A DNA stretch of 64,000 nt from Podarcis melisellensis. Its lineage: Eukaryota. The translations under genes were made by a program, and so were the position numbers. The stretch lies in the NCBI GenBank assembly GCA_964234715.1, contig OZ174281.1. One strand, 5' to 3'. How positions within the stretch are numbered: the stretch's first letter is position 1; each line of letters starts with the position of its first letter. This document shows positions 13,161-25,224 of this stretch, in pieces. The notes beneath the pieces are model-generated. The model was not told the origin of the DNA. It worked only from the letters and a program-made list of their open reading frames with translations, and ran no database searches.

Positions 13161-15563
13161 CTGGACTACGATTAAGCCTTCATTGTTCAAGTTTAAATCT
13201 TCACCAGGTAGGATTGGATCCTTCGCTTCACAAGCTTCTTTATTGCTCAGAGTATTGGAATAATTTGCCTTTCTAGAGTCTGTAGTGAGAGAAACCTCCT
13301 GGCAGTAGGAGTGCAGAAATGCTCGGACTCCGTCAATCCCCACAAACTGTGAGATAGGAGCGCCACTGAAATTCACACTCCCCGACTCAAGCAGCTGAGA
13401 ATTTCTCCACCTGTGCAACCTGATGGCCAATAACACAAGGAGGAAGATGAGGAACAAGCAGGAGACAAAAGCCACTGCAAGGACCAGGTAGAAGGTGAGA
13501 TCAGACGGAGGCTCTACAGGAACTGAGATGCTGCTCAGATCTGACAGGATTGCAGGGATGGTGTCAGCCAGCACCACAGTCAGAGTGGCTGAAGCAGAGA
13601 GAGGTGGCTGCCCATTGTCCTTGACTAAAACCACCAGGCTTTGCTTGAGGGCATCTTTCTCCAGAAAGAAGCGGGCCGTCCTGATCTCTCCCGTGTGGAG
13701 CCCCAGAGTGAAGAGCCCTGGCTCGGTGGCCTTGATCAGCTGGTAGGAGAGCCAGGCATTCTGGCCAGAGTCTGCATCCACGGCCACCACCTTAGTGATC
13801 AGGTAGCCTGGCTCAGAGGAGCGAGGGGCCAGCTCTATCCCTGTGGAGCCGTCAGTGGGAGGGGAGGGGTAAAGAATTTGGGGAGCATTGTCATTCTGGT
13901 CCAGGATGAAGAGAGTCACTGAGACATTGGAGCTGAGTGGTGGAGAACCTCCGTCCTGGGCCTTTACACGGAACCGAATGTCTCGAAACTCTTCATAATC
14001 AAAGGAGGTCAGAGCATATATAACCCCCGTCTCAGAGTTAATGGAGAGGTAGGAGGAGAGGCGGGAGTCACTTCTTTGGTCATCAGTGATGGAATATGTT
14101 ATTCTGGCATTTTCTTCCCAGTCAAGATCATTTGCTCTTAAGGAAGAGACCATGGCTCCTCTTTGGTTATTCTCAACAAAATAGAAAGTATAGTCTGTTT
14201 TTTCAAAGAGGGGTGGGTTGTCATTTGTGTCTAAAACATGAAGTGTGATAACTGTGACTGCAGAAAGAGGGGGGACTCCATGGTCAGTAACAGTGACAGT
14301 AATATTGAAGACTGACACCTGTTCCCTGTCAAGGGCACCATCAGTCACCAAACTGTAAAAGTTATCCATGGACTTCTTTAGCTGGAAAGGGAGATTGCTA
14401 GGGATTGAACATGTGATTTCCCCATTGATTCCTGAATCTCTGTCTTGGACATTTAATATGGCAATTACCGTTTGGGATGGTGAACTTTCAAGTATGGTGT
14501 TGGTGGCAAAGTTAACTGATAATTCAGGTGCATTGTCATTCAGATCCGTAACAGATATCACAACTTTTGATCTGTCACTCAGGCCTCCTCCATCTTTGGC
14601 TTGTATCTCAAATGCATATAAAGATGATTCCTCATAATCAAGATTCCCAATAAGGATGATTTCACCTGTTGTGGAATTTAACAGAAACATTTGGGAGTCT
14701 CGCTTTGTGATTTGTTGGAAAGAGTATTTAATGTCTCCATTGATTCCTTCATCCATATCAGTGGCTCTCGCTGTCAAAACTGTGGACCACTTGGGAATAT
14801 TCTCACTGATAGTCACTTCATAGAGAGGTTGGCTGAAAACTGGTGCATTGTCATTTGCATCAATAACAACAATGTGGATTTGTAATGTGCCAGACCTGAT
14901 AGGATCACCTCCATCAGTAGCTGTGAGAAGCAAATCATAAGCTGATTGTTCCTCTCTGTCCAGTGACTTTTCCAACATAAGTTCAGCAAGTCTGGCACCA
15001 TTTTCTTCTGTTTGCACATGCAAAGCAAAATGGCTGCTGCCTGTGAGTTGGTAGCTCTGCACTGAATTTATCCCCCAATCTGGATCTTGAGCTTTGGGTA
15101 GAGGGATCTGGAATCCAGGTGTAGATGCCTCATTGATTTCCAGCTCCTGTTCCCATAGAGGGAAGTGGGGAGCATTATCATTTATATCCGTAATTTCCAC
15201 TTCAATTCCATAAAGCTTCAATTTGCTTTCAACAAGAACCTGAAACTTCAACATACATTTCTCTGCCTCTCCACAAATTTCCTCTCTATCTATTCTCTCA
15301 GATATCTGCAAATGGCCATTGTTGGCATTCAAAGAAAAGTATTGAATCATACCTACGGGGAAAACAATGCGCAGTCCATGGTCTGGGAGCTGCTTGCCAT
15401 CCATTCCCAGGTCCTTTGCAATATTCCCCACGGAAGAGCCTTTGTGCATCTCTTCCGGAATGGAGTAGTGGATCTGCCCAGAAACTGCCTTCCAAGAAAA
15501 CATCATGAAAAGGCACTGGAAGATTCCCTTTCTGCAATTCCACAGCCTCTGAATTCCTTCCAT
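13161..15563 (-). CDS. PCDHGA: Protocadherin gamma variable exon E3, gammaA-like sub-type Aa (801 codons)
   Basis: ORF 13149..15563; six cadherin repeats, EC6 [14 protein letters not shown], gammaA-type tail [26 protein letters not shown]; donor CAG|GTGAGC at 13161/13160. Confidence 0.93.
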
Positions 15564-15750
15564 CCTTGCAGCAGGTTAAACACCCTTAGATTTTCGTTCA
15601 AATGATAATGTCTCCAACTCTTTTCTAAGGAAAATGCACTTCCATTTCTTCTTTGCACTGACAAGCAGCTTGTTCCTTCAGATATTTTGTGTTTGTGTTT
15701 AACGGAAAGGCAACTTCAATTGGGCAGGATTTCTCATTTCTCCTCTGTTC

Positions 15751-15773
15751 TGGTGAACAGTGACACCCAGAGG
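15751..15773 (-). promoter_or_regulatory. CSE promoter element of E3 (CACT variant)
   Basis: + strand tggtgaacAGTGacacccagagg. Confidence 0.8.
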
Positions 15774-17675
15774 ATCAAGCCCAAAGTGCAAAAACTTCTC
15801 TTTTGAAAATTAAATAAACACCATTTCACTGTACTATTGCTATTATATGCAGATATAGCTAGGATAACTTTATTCTTTTTCCTTAGAATTTACCCACTAA
15901 GGATAAATAGGAGTGACGACTTTTGTTGCTGTAATCATATTGAAAAGGAGCAGGAAAGACAAGTGTGTTTAGGGTTCCTGCCCTACCCCATTACTAGAAA
16001 TTCTGGAATAAATGTTATGGATCTTTCTCAGTAATGTTTTCGGCTGGCTTTTCTAAGGGAATATTCAATAGATTTTTTCTTGATGGAGAAACAACACTAG
16101 TAAACCACCAGTACATCCTTTTGACCTCTGGCACTTCACTCCTCGCAGCTCCTATTTGTTCATTCACATCTCTAGGCTGTTCATCTTCAAACTGAATTTT
16201 TATTTTTTAGGTATATGTGTTACATAAGCCCTACTTGGGCATACACTGTCCGTACATGAACAAACACCTGAGGAGAAATATGGAGTGCTTCTTAGTCCCT
16301 TCCTGTCCAGCATTTCATCTGTACACAATCTAGATAACTCCATGAATTTGAGGACCAAGGTGTGAGGTGGGGAGCTCACCATCATGTTTTCTTTGCTTAC
16401 CCTTGAGGAGATGGTTCAAATAAGGCTGTACTGGGTAGGAGATGCACATCATGAATGCCCCAGTTCAAACCAAACTTCAACCATGAGTTCATTAGTTGTC
16501 CTTGGGCAAGACTCCCTTCCTCCTCTCTCTCTGGTTGAGTTCACACAGCAGTTTCCTCCATTTCCCTGATGTTTCCCTAACTATTAATTTCTGCATTATA
16601 TTCAAGTTTTCACATGGCATAAAATCCACTTCGATTCCATGTTATTTAATTGCAGGAAAAAATCCATTTGCTGCTCCCTTAAACCAGAAAATCGCAGGAG
16701 TAAAGTGATGAAATTTAGGGCTGTATACATGGGAGAATGAATACATGCACAGCTATGGGTGGAATAGTGGCAATGTTATCCAATGATGTTCATTGTTGTG
16801 TCACACCACACACACTGGTGTGAATGAAATTTAGTGGAACATGATATATTGTTCATATATTGATATGCTGATATACTGGTCAAAATAGGCCATGTGAATG
16901 GATGATTGGAAAACAGAACAGAAGCACTAGTGTTCTAGTCAGGAAAACTAATGCAATATTTGCCACATCTAAATGCATCCTCTCTCCATCTCATCCACAA
17001 CATGAGGGAAATAATGCTGATCTATCTTTCTGGATTATTGAAGAGTTACAAGGGAATCTATATCAACCATTTTCTACACTAAAGTGCTCTATAAACACCA
17101 AGTATGGACTGTACAGTGCAAAGAAGGCCATGTCCTCCTTAATTTATTGCTCATATTGTGCCTAGAAGAAAATAAAGCCAAGACGAATGCTATTAAAGCC
17201 AATTATTATTACCACACCACTTCACATTACAGAGATAAAAAGAAACAGGAAGAGATTGGTGGCACACGCAATGGGGTGGAGCTGTGGAGTGACCCTCCAA
17301 CACTAGCGTTGTTGCTGGGGCTTACCTGGTCAGGGCTGGGCTGACACAACTGTGTGGTTGGGGCTGTGCAGGTGCACCAGCAGCCGTGCTAGATGTTCCC
17401 ACAGTTAAAATCACATGACTCCAGCCTCACTGCTGCCCCATCCAGGTAGGCAACAGTGCGTGGGGGTGGGGGTGAATTCACCAGCTGCCCACCACCATGC
17501 ATGTCACTACTACAGGTGGATAACTTTCAATGGCAGCTTATGAGCTCATGTGTGACAAGCAGAGGTAGATGGTTTTCAGTCATCTTTCTTGGAGAGCTTG
17601 ATGCCCTTCTGCTTCTTGTTCTACAAAATCAGCAGGACTACTAAAACTGCTATACTGAATTTGCTGAATGCTTTC

Positions 17676-17805
17676 CGCTGGCCACGTGACCCAGAAGTGT
17701 CTTCGGACGGCGCCGGCTCACGGCCTCTTGAGCGAGATGAACACGCAACCCTAGAGTCGGACATAACTGGCCCATACGGGCAGGCGTACCTTTACCTTTA
17801 CCTTT
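17676..17805 (+). mobile_element. 5'-truncated Sauria-type SINE
   Basis: CpG-rich insert ending gagtcggacataactggccc...ACCTTTACCTTTACCTTT, the tail typical of Sauria SINEs; absent from the paralogous site at ~376-385. Confidence 0.8.
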
Positions 17806-19622
17806 TCCCCCAGAAGACAGAAAATCAAGAATCCGATCCACTAAGCAATGCCATAAAAGTTTCTTTCAAAATTAGTCTTCATCTTTCACTACAAAATATG
17901 CACTGGCAACGAACCTTTCGACACATTAGGCACAATCCAGCATTAATGTACATGAAGCAGCAAATACAGGGTGTGCAGCTGTATGCCCTTGCCAGATTGC
18001 CTTTCCATGGGAAAGCATTCCCAGCCAAAGATGTGAGAGGGCATCTAACATTGTTATGACTCAATAGACATTTGTCACCTATGTTACTACAGCATGGAAG
18101 CATGACTGGAGATGGTATAGGTGGAAATACTAGCCACATGCACACTCACATACATACATACTGTTGACCACAACTGTTCCAACTGGACATAATTTCTAAT
18201 CATACATTGCAAATGCTCTTAGCTGTTCTGACTGTTAAGGAAAGGAGGAATACTGTACTGATGCAGGTAATGAGACCACCAGGAATGCCTCCACTGAAGA
18301 TCTTGGTGAACAGTTGAATTGATATGAGAACAATCATTATCTAGAACAATCTTGTGCTAAGTTGTTTTAGAAAGGATGAGGTAGAATATTGGAGAATTTA
18401 GGAGTGCTTCATTAATCTTTTTGTGACATATTGGGACAGTTTCCTTTGGGAGGTTGTGGACTCCCCTTCCTTGGAGGTTTTTTTAGCAGAGGTTGGATGG
18501 CCACCTGCCATGGATGCTCTAGCTGAGATTCCTGCATTGCAGGGGGTTGGACCCGATGACCCTTGGGTCCCTTGCAACTCTATGACTCCATGAGAGAAAG
18601 TCTAATTGCACCACTCATTGATCAGATACAGGCTGTACACGAGCTCTTTTCATTCCGCAACCAGCATGCAGTCACAGGACCTGAGGGGTTGCTTGTACTA
18701 TTGACAGCTTTCACCAATACTTCACCATATCATACATTGTGCTTTTCCAATCAGACCCAACTTTGTATGAGCTTTAATTTGTTTTAATCTATTCTGTTGT
18801 GATTTTAACTTTCTGTGTGCTTTAAAGTATGGTTGCCATTTAAAAAATATTACTTTTTAAAATAATTTTTAACAATATAAAAGTTTAATAATGTAGAACA
18901 TTTCTATACTCTCAATATGAAAAATACAAAAACACAGATCTCCATTGTTCGTTTAAAACTTCCTTGTCTCAAACCACAAAACAGGCTTTTAGTTCTTCCT
19001 TCAACCCTTTAATGTTCAATTTCCCTTCCCTTCTTCTTGAAGCCAAAAAGCAGCTCACGCACTGAAAGTAATTTATCACCAGCTGATGGACAAATCTCCC
19101 TCAGTTATAAATTATAACCGTTCCAAACATAATTAAGAAAGGGAGGCTGTTGCAGATCCCATACCCATCACAGCTCTTTCATGGCTTTGGGGCAAGATGT
19201 AAATTCCTCAGCTCTCAAGTCACTTAACCCCCATCCGAGTTCCTAGGAGCTGACTGCTTCTTGGTCTCTTGACAACAGAAACAGCTTTTTCAAAACACCA
19301 GAGATTAACCTCTTGTTCACTCTTTTTTCCAAATGAATTTGGGAACCAAGACTTATGTCTGGCTATCCTCAATCACCATGTAATTATCTCTGTTGGCAGA
19401 CCGCCAACAAAAGATGTTCAATCCGCTATTTCCTTCCCCACAACACATAAAAAGCTCCCCACAAACTTCCTAATATTTAGTTTAATAATGAGAAGTTGGC
19501 CAATAAATAGAAATTTTTCAAACTTCTTGAAGAATATACAATGTAATATATTTTTATGTCTGTTTTTCTGTTTTTTTAAGACAGAACATTAAAACATTAA
19601 AATTCAATTTTCGTCATACTAC

Positions 19623-19681
19623 GAAGGAAGGAAGGAAGGAAGGAAGGAAGGAAGGAAGGAAGGAAGGAAGGAAGGAAGGAA
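19623..19681 (+). repeat. (GAAG)n microsatellite
   Basis: Direct reading. Confidence 0.95.
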
Positions 19682-19997
19682 AAGCACTGTCTCTACTCAA
19701 ACATGCTATGCAATCCTGTGAGATTGTCACCCTAAGTCAGCATGCAAATGTGCATCTGGATAATTCTGACAGAGGCTCCCCCCAACTTGCAATTTTGCCC
19801 TTCAACAACTGCTAGATGGCCCATTCCATTAGCTTGATCTGCAGCAGTAGTAGCTCAGTACTACTCCCTACCTACTTCCCTGATAACATGGCCTGAATTG
19901 TCTGGGTGCCAGTTTGATAGCATCCACTGTTTACAATTAAACTCTCAAAGAAGTGATAACACCAAATTCCCTATAAAGAACATGAAATATAACTCAC

Positions 19998-22427
19998 CGT
20001 GCTGTCATTTTCCTGTTCAGAAATTAAATTGCCTCCACTGACCATCAAAGAAATGTCAGAGTTGCCATTGCAAAGGAGGTTCTCTGCTATTTGGACAGTG
20101 GGCTGCAGGAAAGTCAACTCATTTCTCCTGGATTCAGAGGACAGACAGACCTGGTAGGAATAAGGCAAAGTTCCGTCCTCATAATTGGGTGGGAATATGG
20201 CACCAGCCTTTGAATGGGGGTCAGGAATAAAGCACTGAAGGAAAGTGGGGTTCCTTGACCTTCGAAGCTTCATCAGAATGGTCAGAATCACCGTCACCAG
20301 GAACAGAAAAGACACCAAGGTCAAGGCCAATACCAAATAAAACTGTAGATCAGACTGATATTCTGAGTCATTTGGTTGGGAGTTCATTTCTGGAAGAGCC
20401 TCCTGGAAGTTCTCAGCAAACACCAGGCTCAAAGTTGTGGTGGCTGAGAGAGGAGGATGCCCATTGTCCTTCACCAGGATGACCAGCCTCTGCTTCACTG
20501 CATCTCTCTCAAGTAATGCTCGGACTGTTTGCACCTCTCCTGTGTGGGAGCCAATGCTGAAGAGTGAGGGCTCTGTGGCCTGCAGGAGATGGAAGGAGAG
20601 CCAGGCATTGTGTCCCGAATCAGAGTCCACGGCCACCACCTTCGTCACCAGATAACCCGACTCAGCTGACCGAGGCACCATCTCAAAGAAAGGTGAGTCC
20701 ACTGTTGACTGTGAGGGGTACAGGATCTGCGGAGCGTTATCATTTCGATCCAAAACACATACTGTCACTGTGGCACTGCTATTGAGTGGTGGAGAACCTC
20801 CATCTTGGGCCTTCACTTGAATCTGAAACTCCCTGAATTGCTCATAGTCAAAGGAGCGTTGGGCATAGATGATCCCGGTCTCAGAGTTAATGGAGACATA
20901 GGAGGAGAGAGGCAGGTCCTTGATGTTGCTGTTAAGGATGGAGTAAGTGATTCTGGCATTGCGATCCAGATCTGGGTCAGAGGCCTTGATGTGGAAAATT
21001 GAAGCTCCAGATGGGTTATTCTCTGGAACGTAGGCAGTGTAGGAAGATTTTTCAAAGGCTGGTGGGTTATCATTGATATCTGAGATCTGTATTGATATGG
21101 ATTTGTGTGTGGAGAGTGGAGGTGTGCCTTTGTCTGTGGCTGTGATTGTAATATTATACTCGGGAATTCTTTCTCTGTCAAGGGCACCATCTATGAGGAG
21201 CTTGAAATAATTATCCGAAGATGAGACTATCAGGAAAGGTACAAGTTCCTTCAGGTGACAGGTGACTTCTCCATTATCCCCAGAATCCCTGTCCTGAACT
21301 TTAATGAGAGCAATCACAGCTCCAGATGCGACATCTTCAGGAACGGGGCTGGACACGGATGTAAGGATCACATCTGGAGCATTGTCGTTCTCATCAAGAA
21401 CCTCAATCTCCACATTGCAATGTGCCACCAAGCCTCCTCCATCACTTGCCTGAATTTTCATCACATATTTTTGTCTGTCCTCAAAATCAACACTTTCTAT
21501 GAGTGTAATTGTTCCATCTCTGGGATCCAGATGAAACCTCTGCTTGGCTGTTTTTGGGATGTCACTGAATGTATAAGTGATCTCAGCATATGACCCTTCA
21601 TCACTGTCAGATGCTTTGACTTGAAGCACAGAGGTTCCTTTGGGTGCACTCTCCTTCAGGCTCACTTTATATGTTGCCTGGGTGAAAACAGGGGCATTGT
21701 CATTAATATCAATAACTGTTACCAATATTTTGGCTGTTCCGGTTTTTGGAGGTTCTCCACCATCCATGGCTGTAAGGACCATGTGATGCATCTGTTCTTT
21801 TTCCCTGTCCAGTTGTTTCTGCAGTACTAATTCTGCATATTTTCCGCCATCATTGCCAGCTTGAATTTCCAGTTTGAAATATGGAGTTGAGCTCAACTGA
21901 TAATTCTGGAGGGAGTTCATTCCGATATCATCATCTTCAGCATTTCCAAGAGCGAATCGATTTCCCGGCAGAGTAGATTCACTCAATTTGAGATCAATAT
22001 TTTCATTCTGGAAATGTGGGGCATTATCATTGATGTCCTGGATAAAAATATTTACGTGGAAAATATTCAAAGGATTGTGTGCCACAACTTCTAATTTAAG
22101 GACACAAGTAGATGATTCCCCACAAATCTCTTCCCGGTCTATCCTCTCATTCACATACAGGTTGCCATTTTGTTCATTTAGATCAAAGAATTGCTTTTCT
22201 GAAGAAATACCAAGCTTGCGCTTTGACAGCTCTCTGAGATCCAACCCCAGATCTTTAGCAAGGTTCCCCACAAAGGAGCCCTGCTCTGCTTCCTCTGGAA
22301 CTGAATACTGAACCTGCTCAGCCCCCACCTGGCAGAAGAACACAGACCAGAATATGAACAGAAACAGTACTTGCCTCCTGGTGATCTTCCTTGTTCTCTC
22401 TGCCTGCTTTACTTCCATCCCATCCAT
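19998..22427 (-). CDS. PCDHGB: Protocadherin gamma variable exon E4, gammaB-like (810 codons)
   Basis: ORF 19971..22427; paralog of E1/E2/E8; donor ACG|GTGAGT at 19998/19997. Confidence 0.93.
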
Positions 22428-22655
22428 TGCCTTTCCTGATTTCCTCCTCCTTTCACTTCAGTTTTCAAGACTTCCAGTACACTTATTTGTGATATAACAG
22501 AAATATTGTTCTTTTGATTTGATCTTTGGGAAGCTGAGAACTTTCCTTTCTCGAGCGGCTTTTAAAATAAAAGCTTTTCCTTTCTGCTCAGTTGAAATGT
22601 TAAGAGAAACTCCTCCAAGACTCTCAGAAATGCTGAGCCATGGCTGCTCCCAGGC

Positions 22656-22678
22656 TGTCCAACAGTGACACTCTGAGT
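22656..22678 (-). promoter_or_regulatory. CSE promoter element of E4 (CACT variant)
   Basis: + strand tgtccaacAGTGacactctgag. Confidence 0.8.
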
Positions 22679-25224
22679 CCACACGGGGAACTGCTTTTGC
22701 TATTTCTGTAATTCTTCATGGAATTTTTCTCTAAGGTAGGGAATTGCTTGTAATACAAGTTCACCTTTAACTGCAATCAGAAACAAATTTCTTCTCCATC
22801 ACTTGTGTGCATCCTCTTCGCTTCCCAGTCCCTCACCATTCAGCATCATTGCTTTATTTTCTTTCTTTAAAAAGAAATGAAAAAAAAAACCAAGAAAACC
22901 ATAGGAATAGTAGAGAGGGGATGCCTGTTGGTGAGGAGGGCTCATCATAAATAGAAGGTTTGTTTCCAGAGCCGTCTAAAGAAATTGTGGTATTCTAGAT
23001 CATTTAAGGAGTGTAATTCCTTATCAGGGTACACAGGGTTTGTCAATGTCTCCTTTATTGGATCAGGAGGCAGAGGGAAATACACTTGACATGCTCTCTG
23101 GCAGGAAATTCCACTTCTGTGCATACTCAGGAACATCATTTCTGGTTCAAGGTTAGGACTTTCCTACCTCTGCCCATTGACAGTTACTACCATCACCCCA
23201 CACAAAAGGGCTTTTTTTTACTTGAAAAGGGGAAGAAATGGCAGGGAGGTTTAGCTAACGGTACTGATGAACCCCATTTTATGCTTGAAATTAATTTGAA
23301 GAAAACTGGGTCCTCGCTGAATTAAAGTGATTAAAAAAGATGGGAGAACTTATATTTAAAATCTTCCCATAGGACCTGGACTAAAGCTAGCTGCACTCTT
23401 TATAAAATAGATAACATGTAATACATTATTATGTTATTTGCTATCTGTCTTTCATCCAGTTTAAACATAGCATTAATATCTCTATACTTTTGCATTATTC
23501 TGTTTAAAAAGTTTCTGTAAAGAAATAAAATACTGAAAGACCAAACTAACCAATGTGCATTTGATTAATGTGATCAAAATATTTTACCACTTGTATTTAC
23601 AATAATGCAATGCAACTATTCCAAGCACCATTTCCCCCCACAATGTTCCTAAGTAATAAATCATTTCCGGTTTCTCTCATACAATTCTGTGTGAATCAAA
23701 GCATCCCCTCCCCGCTCCAGTGTAGTTTTCATTAGGCAATTAATGGACTTCCAGGACATTGTCACAAATGGTCACCCCTACAATATCTCCAAAGTTCAGC
23801 CCCTACCACTTACAGCTGTGTGAATAACTTGGCACAAGCCATATGATGTTGTTTGGGGACATCTCTCTATCCCAGGACCGTTTTCTTGTGAGTTTCTTAA
23901 TGGGGTCAGAAACACATCCCACAAATAAGTGTTGTCCAGCTTGGGATGTTTGGACATTGTCAAGCACTCTTCTTCTGACACCACAGGCACATATATTTCC
24001 TGGATTCAAAATTCTACCCTCACCTTACATTGGAAATCTCATTGGGGTAGAAACACCCCCCCCCCCAAAAAAAAAGTTGCTGTTGTTTTCTGACACAGGG
24101 TGAAAGTTCCAAGTTATAAGGAGCATAATGCAACCAATCTTACATACAATTGCTCGCATTTTTTCTTTTTTATTCCCACAGTCCCCTCCCCAATTAAGTC
24201 TCCTTATCTTATCATTCTAAAATGTACAAACATCAATAATATCTCAGTCAATAAAAGGTTAAGTAAAACCGTAACTGCTTTTGGAAAATGACATAACAAG
24301 CCTTTTGGCAATGGGAATATCAATACATATCAGCTTTCTGGAGGGAGTGTAGTGGAAAGGGGTTACTTACTATCAGAGACATCCCTATGAAGTACCATGG
24401 ACATGCAAACAAGTCCACCAAAGTTACTTGCTGACTAGATGTTTGACTAACCTATCTGTCCATGCAGACCACAGTAGGTATTTGTAGTGTACAAGCTGCT
24501 TGAAAAAAAAAAGAAAAATGAATCAGTTTGCTTCCCGTTTAAGAGCTTGTCTGCCTGAATGACTGGAGTGGACACTGACTTCTCATAGGCCCCTAGTTTC
24601 TAGTGCTCACCGAGGCAGTAAACCTATGTCTTGCCAGTACCAAGATAGGTGGCTGTTTACATTTATATACTCATTTATTCATATACCAGCTGTCTATCCA
24701 TCCATCCCAACGTTTGGAAATGTCATGCAGAAATGATATAAAAACAAAATACAACAGTCAAATCTAAAACAATTAAGAATGCACCAAATCCATCCGTAAA
24801 TTAAACTGGAACCCACATACTGAAGTCTTGATCAATACTGGTCAGGAAATACACTTCCACATAAAAACTAGGTGAGAGGAATCAGGCTAATAACTGTCTC
24901 CCAGGCATGATTGTTTGCAACATGTAGGGAACTATGTTTTCTTATAGAGGAGCATTCTGTTTTATGAGCCCCCACCAGCAGTCCGAAGTAGCACGAATGA
25001 GGCAAAGATTGGTCATCTGACGCATCAAGATAAAGATTTGATGAAAGAAGATCCTTCACAGAAGGATCACATATCCAGTGATGACTAAAAGAAGGGGGGG
25101 GGCTGAAAGGAATAAAAAGAAGACTGGCATAGCTCTGAATATAATGAGAAAGCAGAGGCTGGTGGGATATATATTCTGATATTAACAAAACAAAAACATT
25201 GTTTATCAAAAATTGTTTGCTCAC

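Larger units (their letters stand above)
17341..24163. repeat. Segmental duplication containing E4; paralog of 1..7428
   Basis: See partner. A more diverged third copy of the Aa-promoter to gammaB-exon interval (15563..22720) lies at ~43338..49190. Confidence 0.9.

Noticed and set aside
24868-25224. Long C-terminal extensions of E5 (919 aa), E6 and E7 ORFs
   Set aside because: Read-through past a conserved GTGAG donor; the paralogous flank of E3 has a stop after 3 codons.
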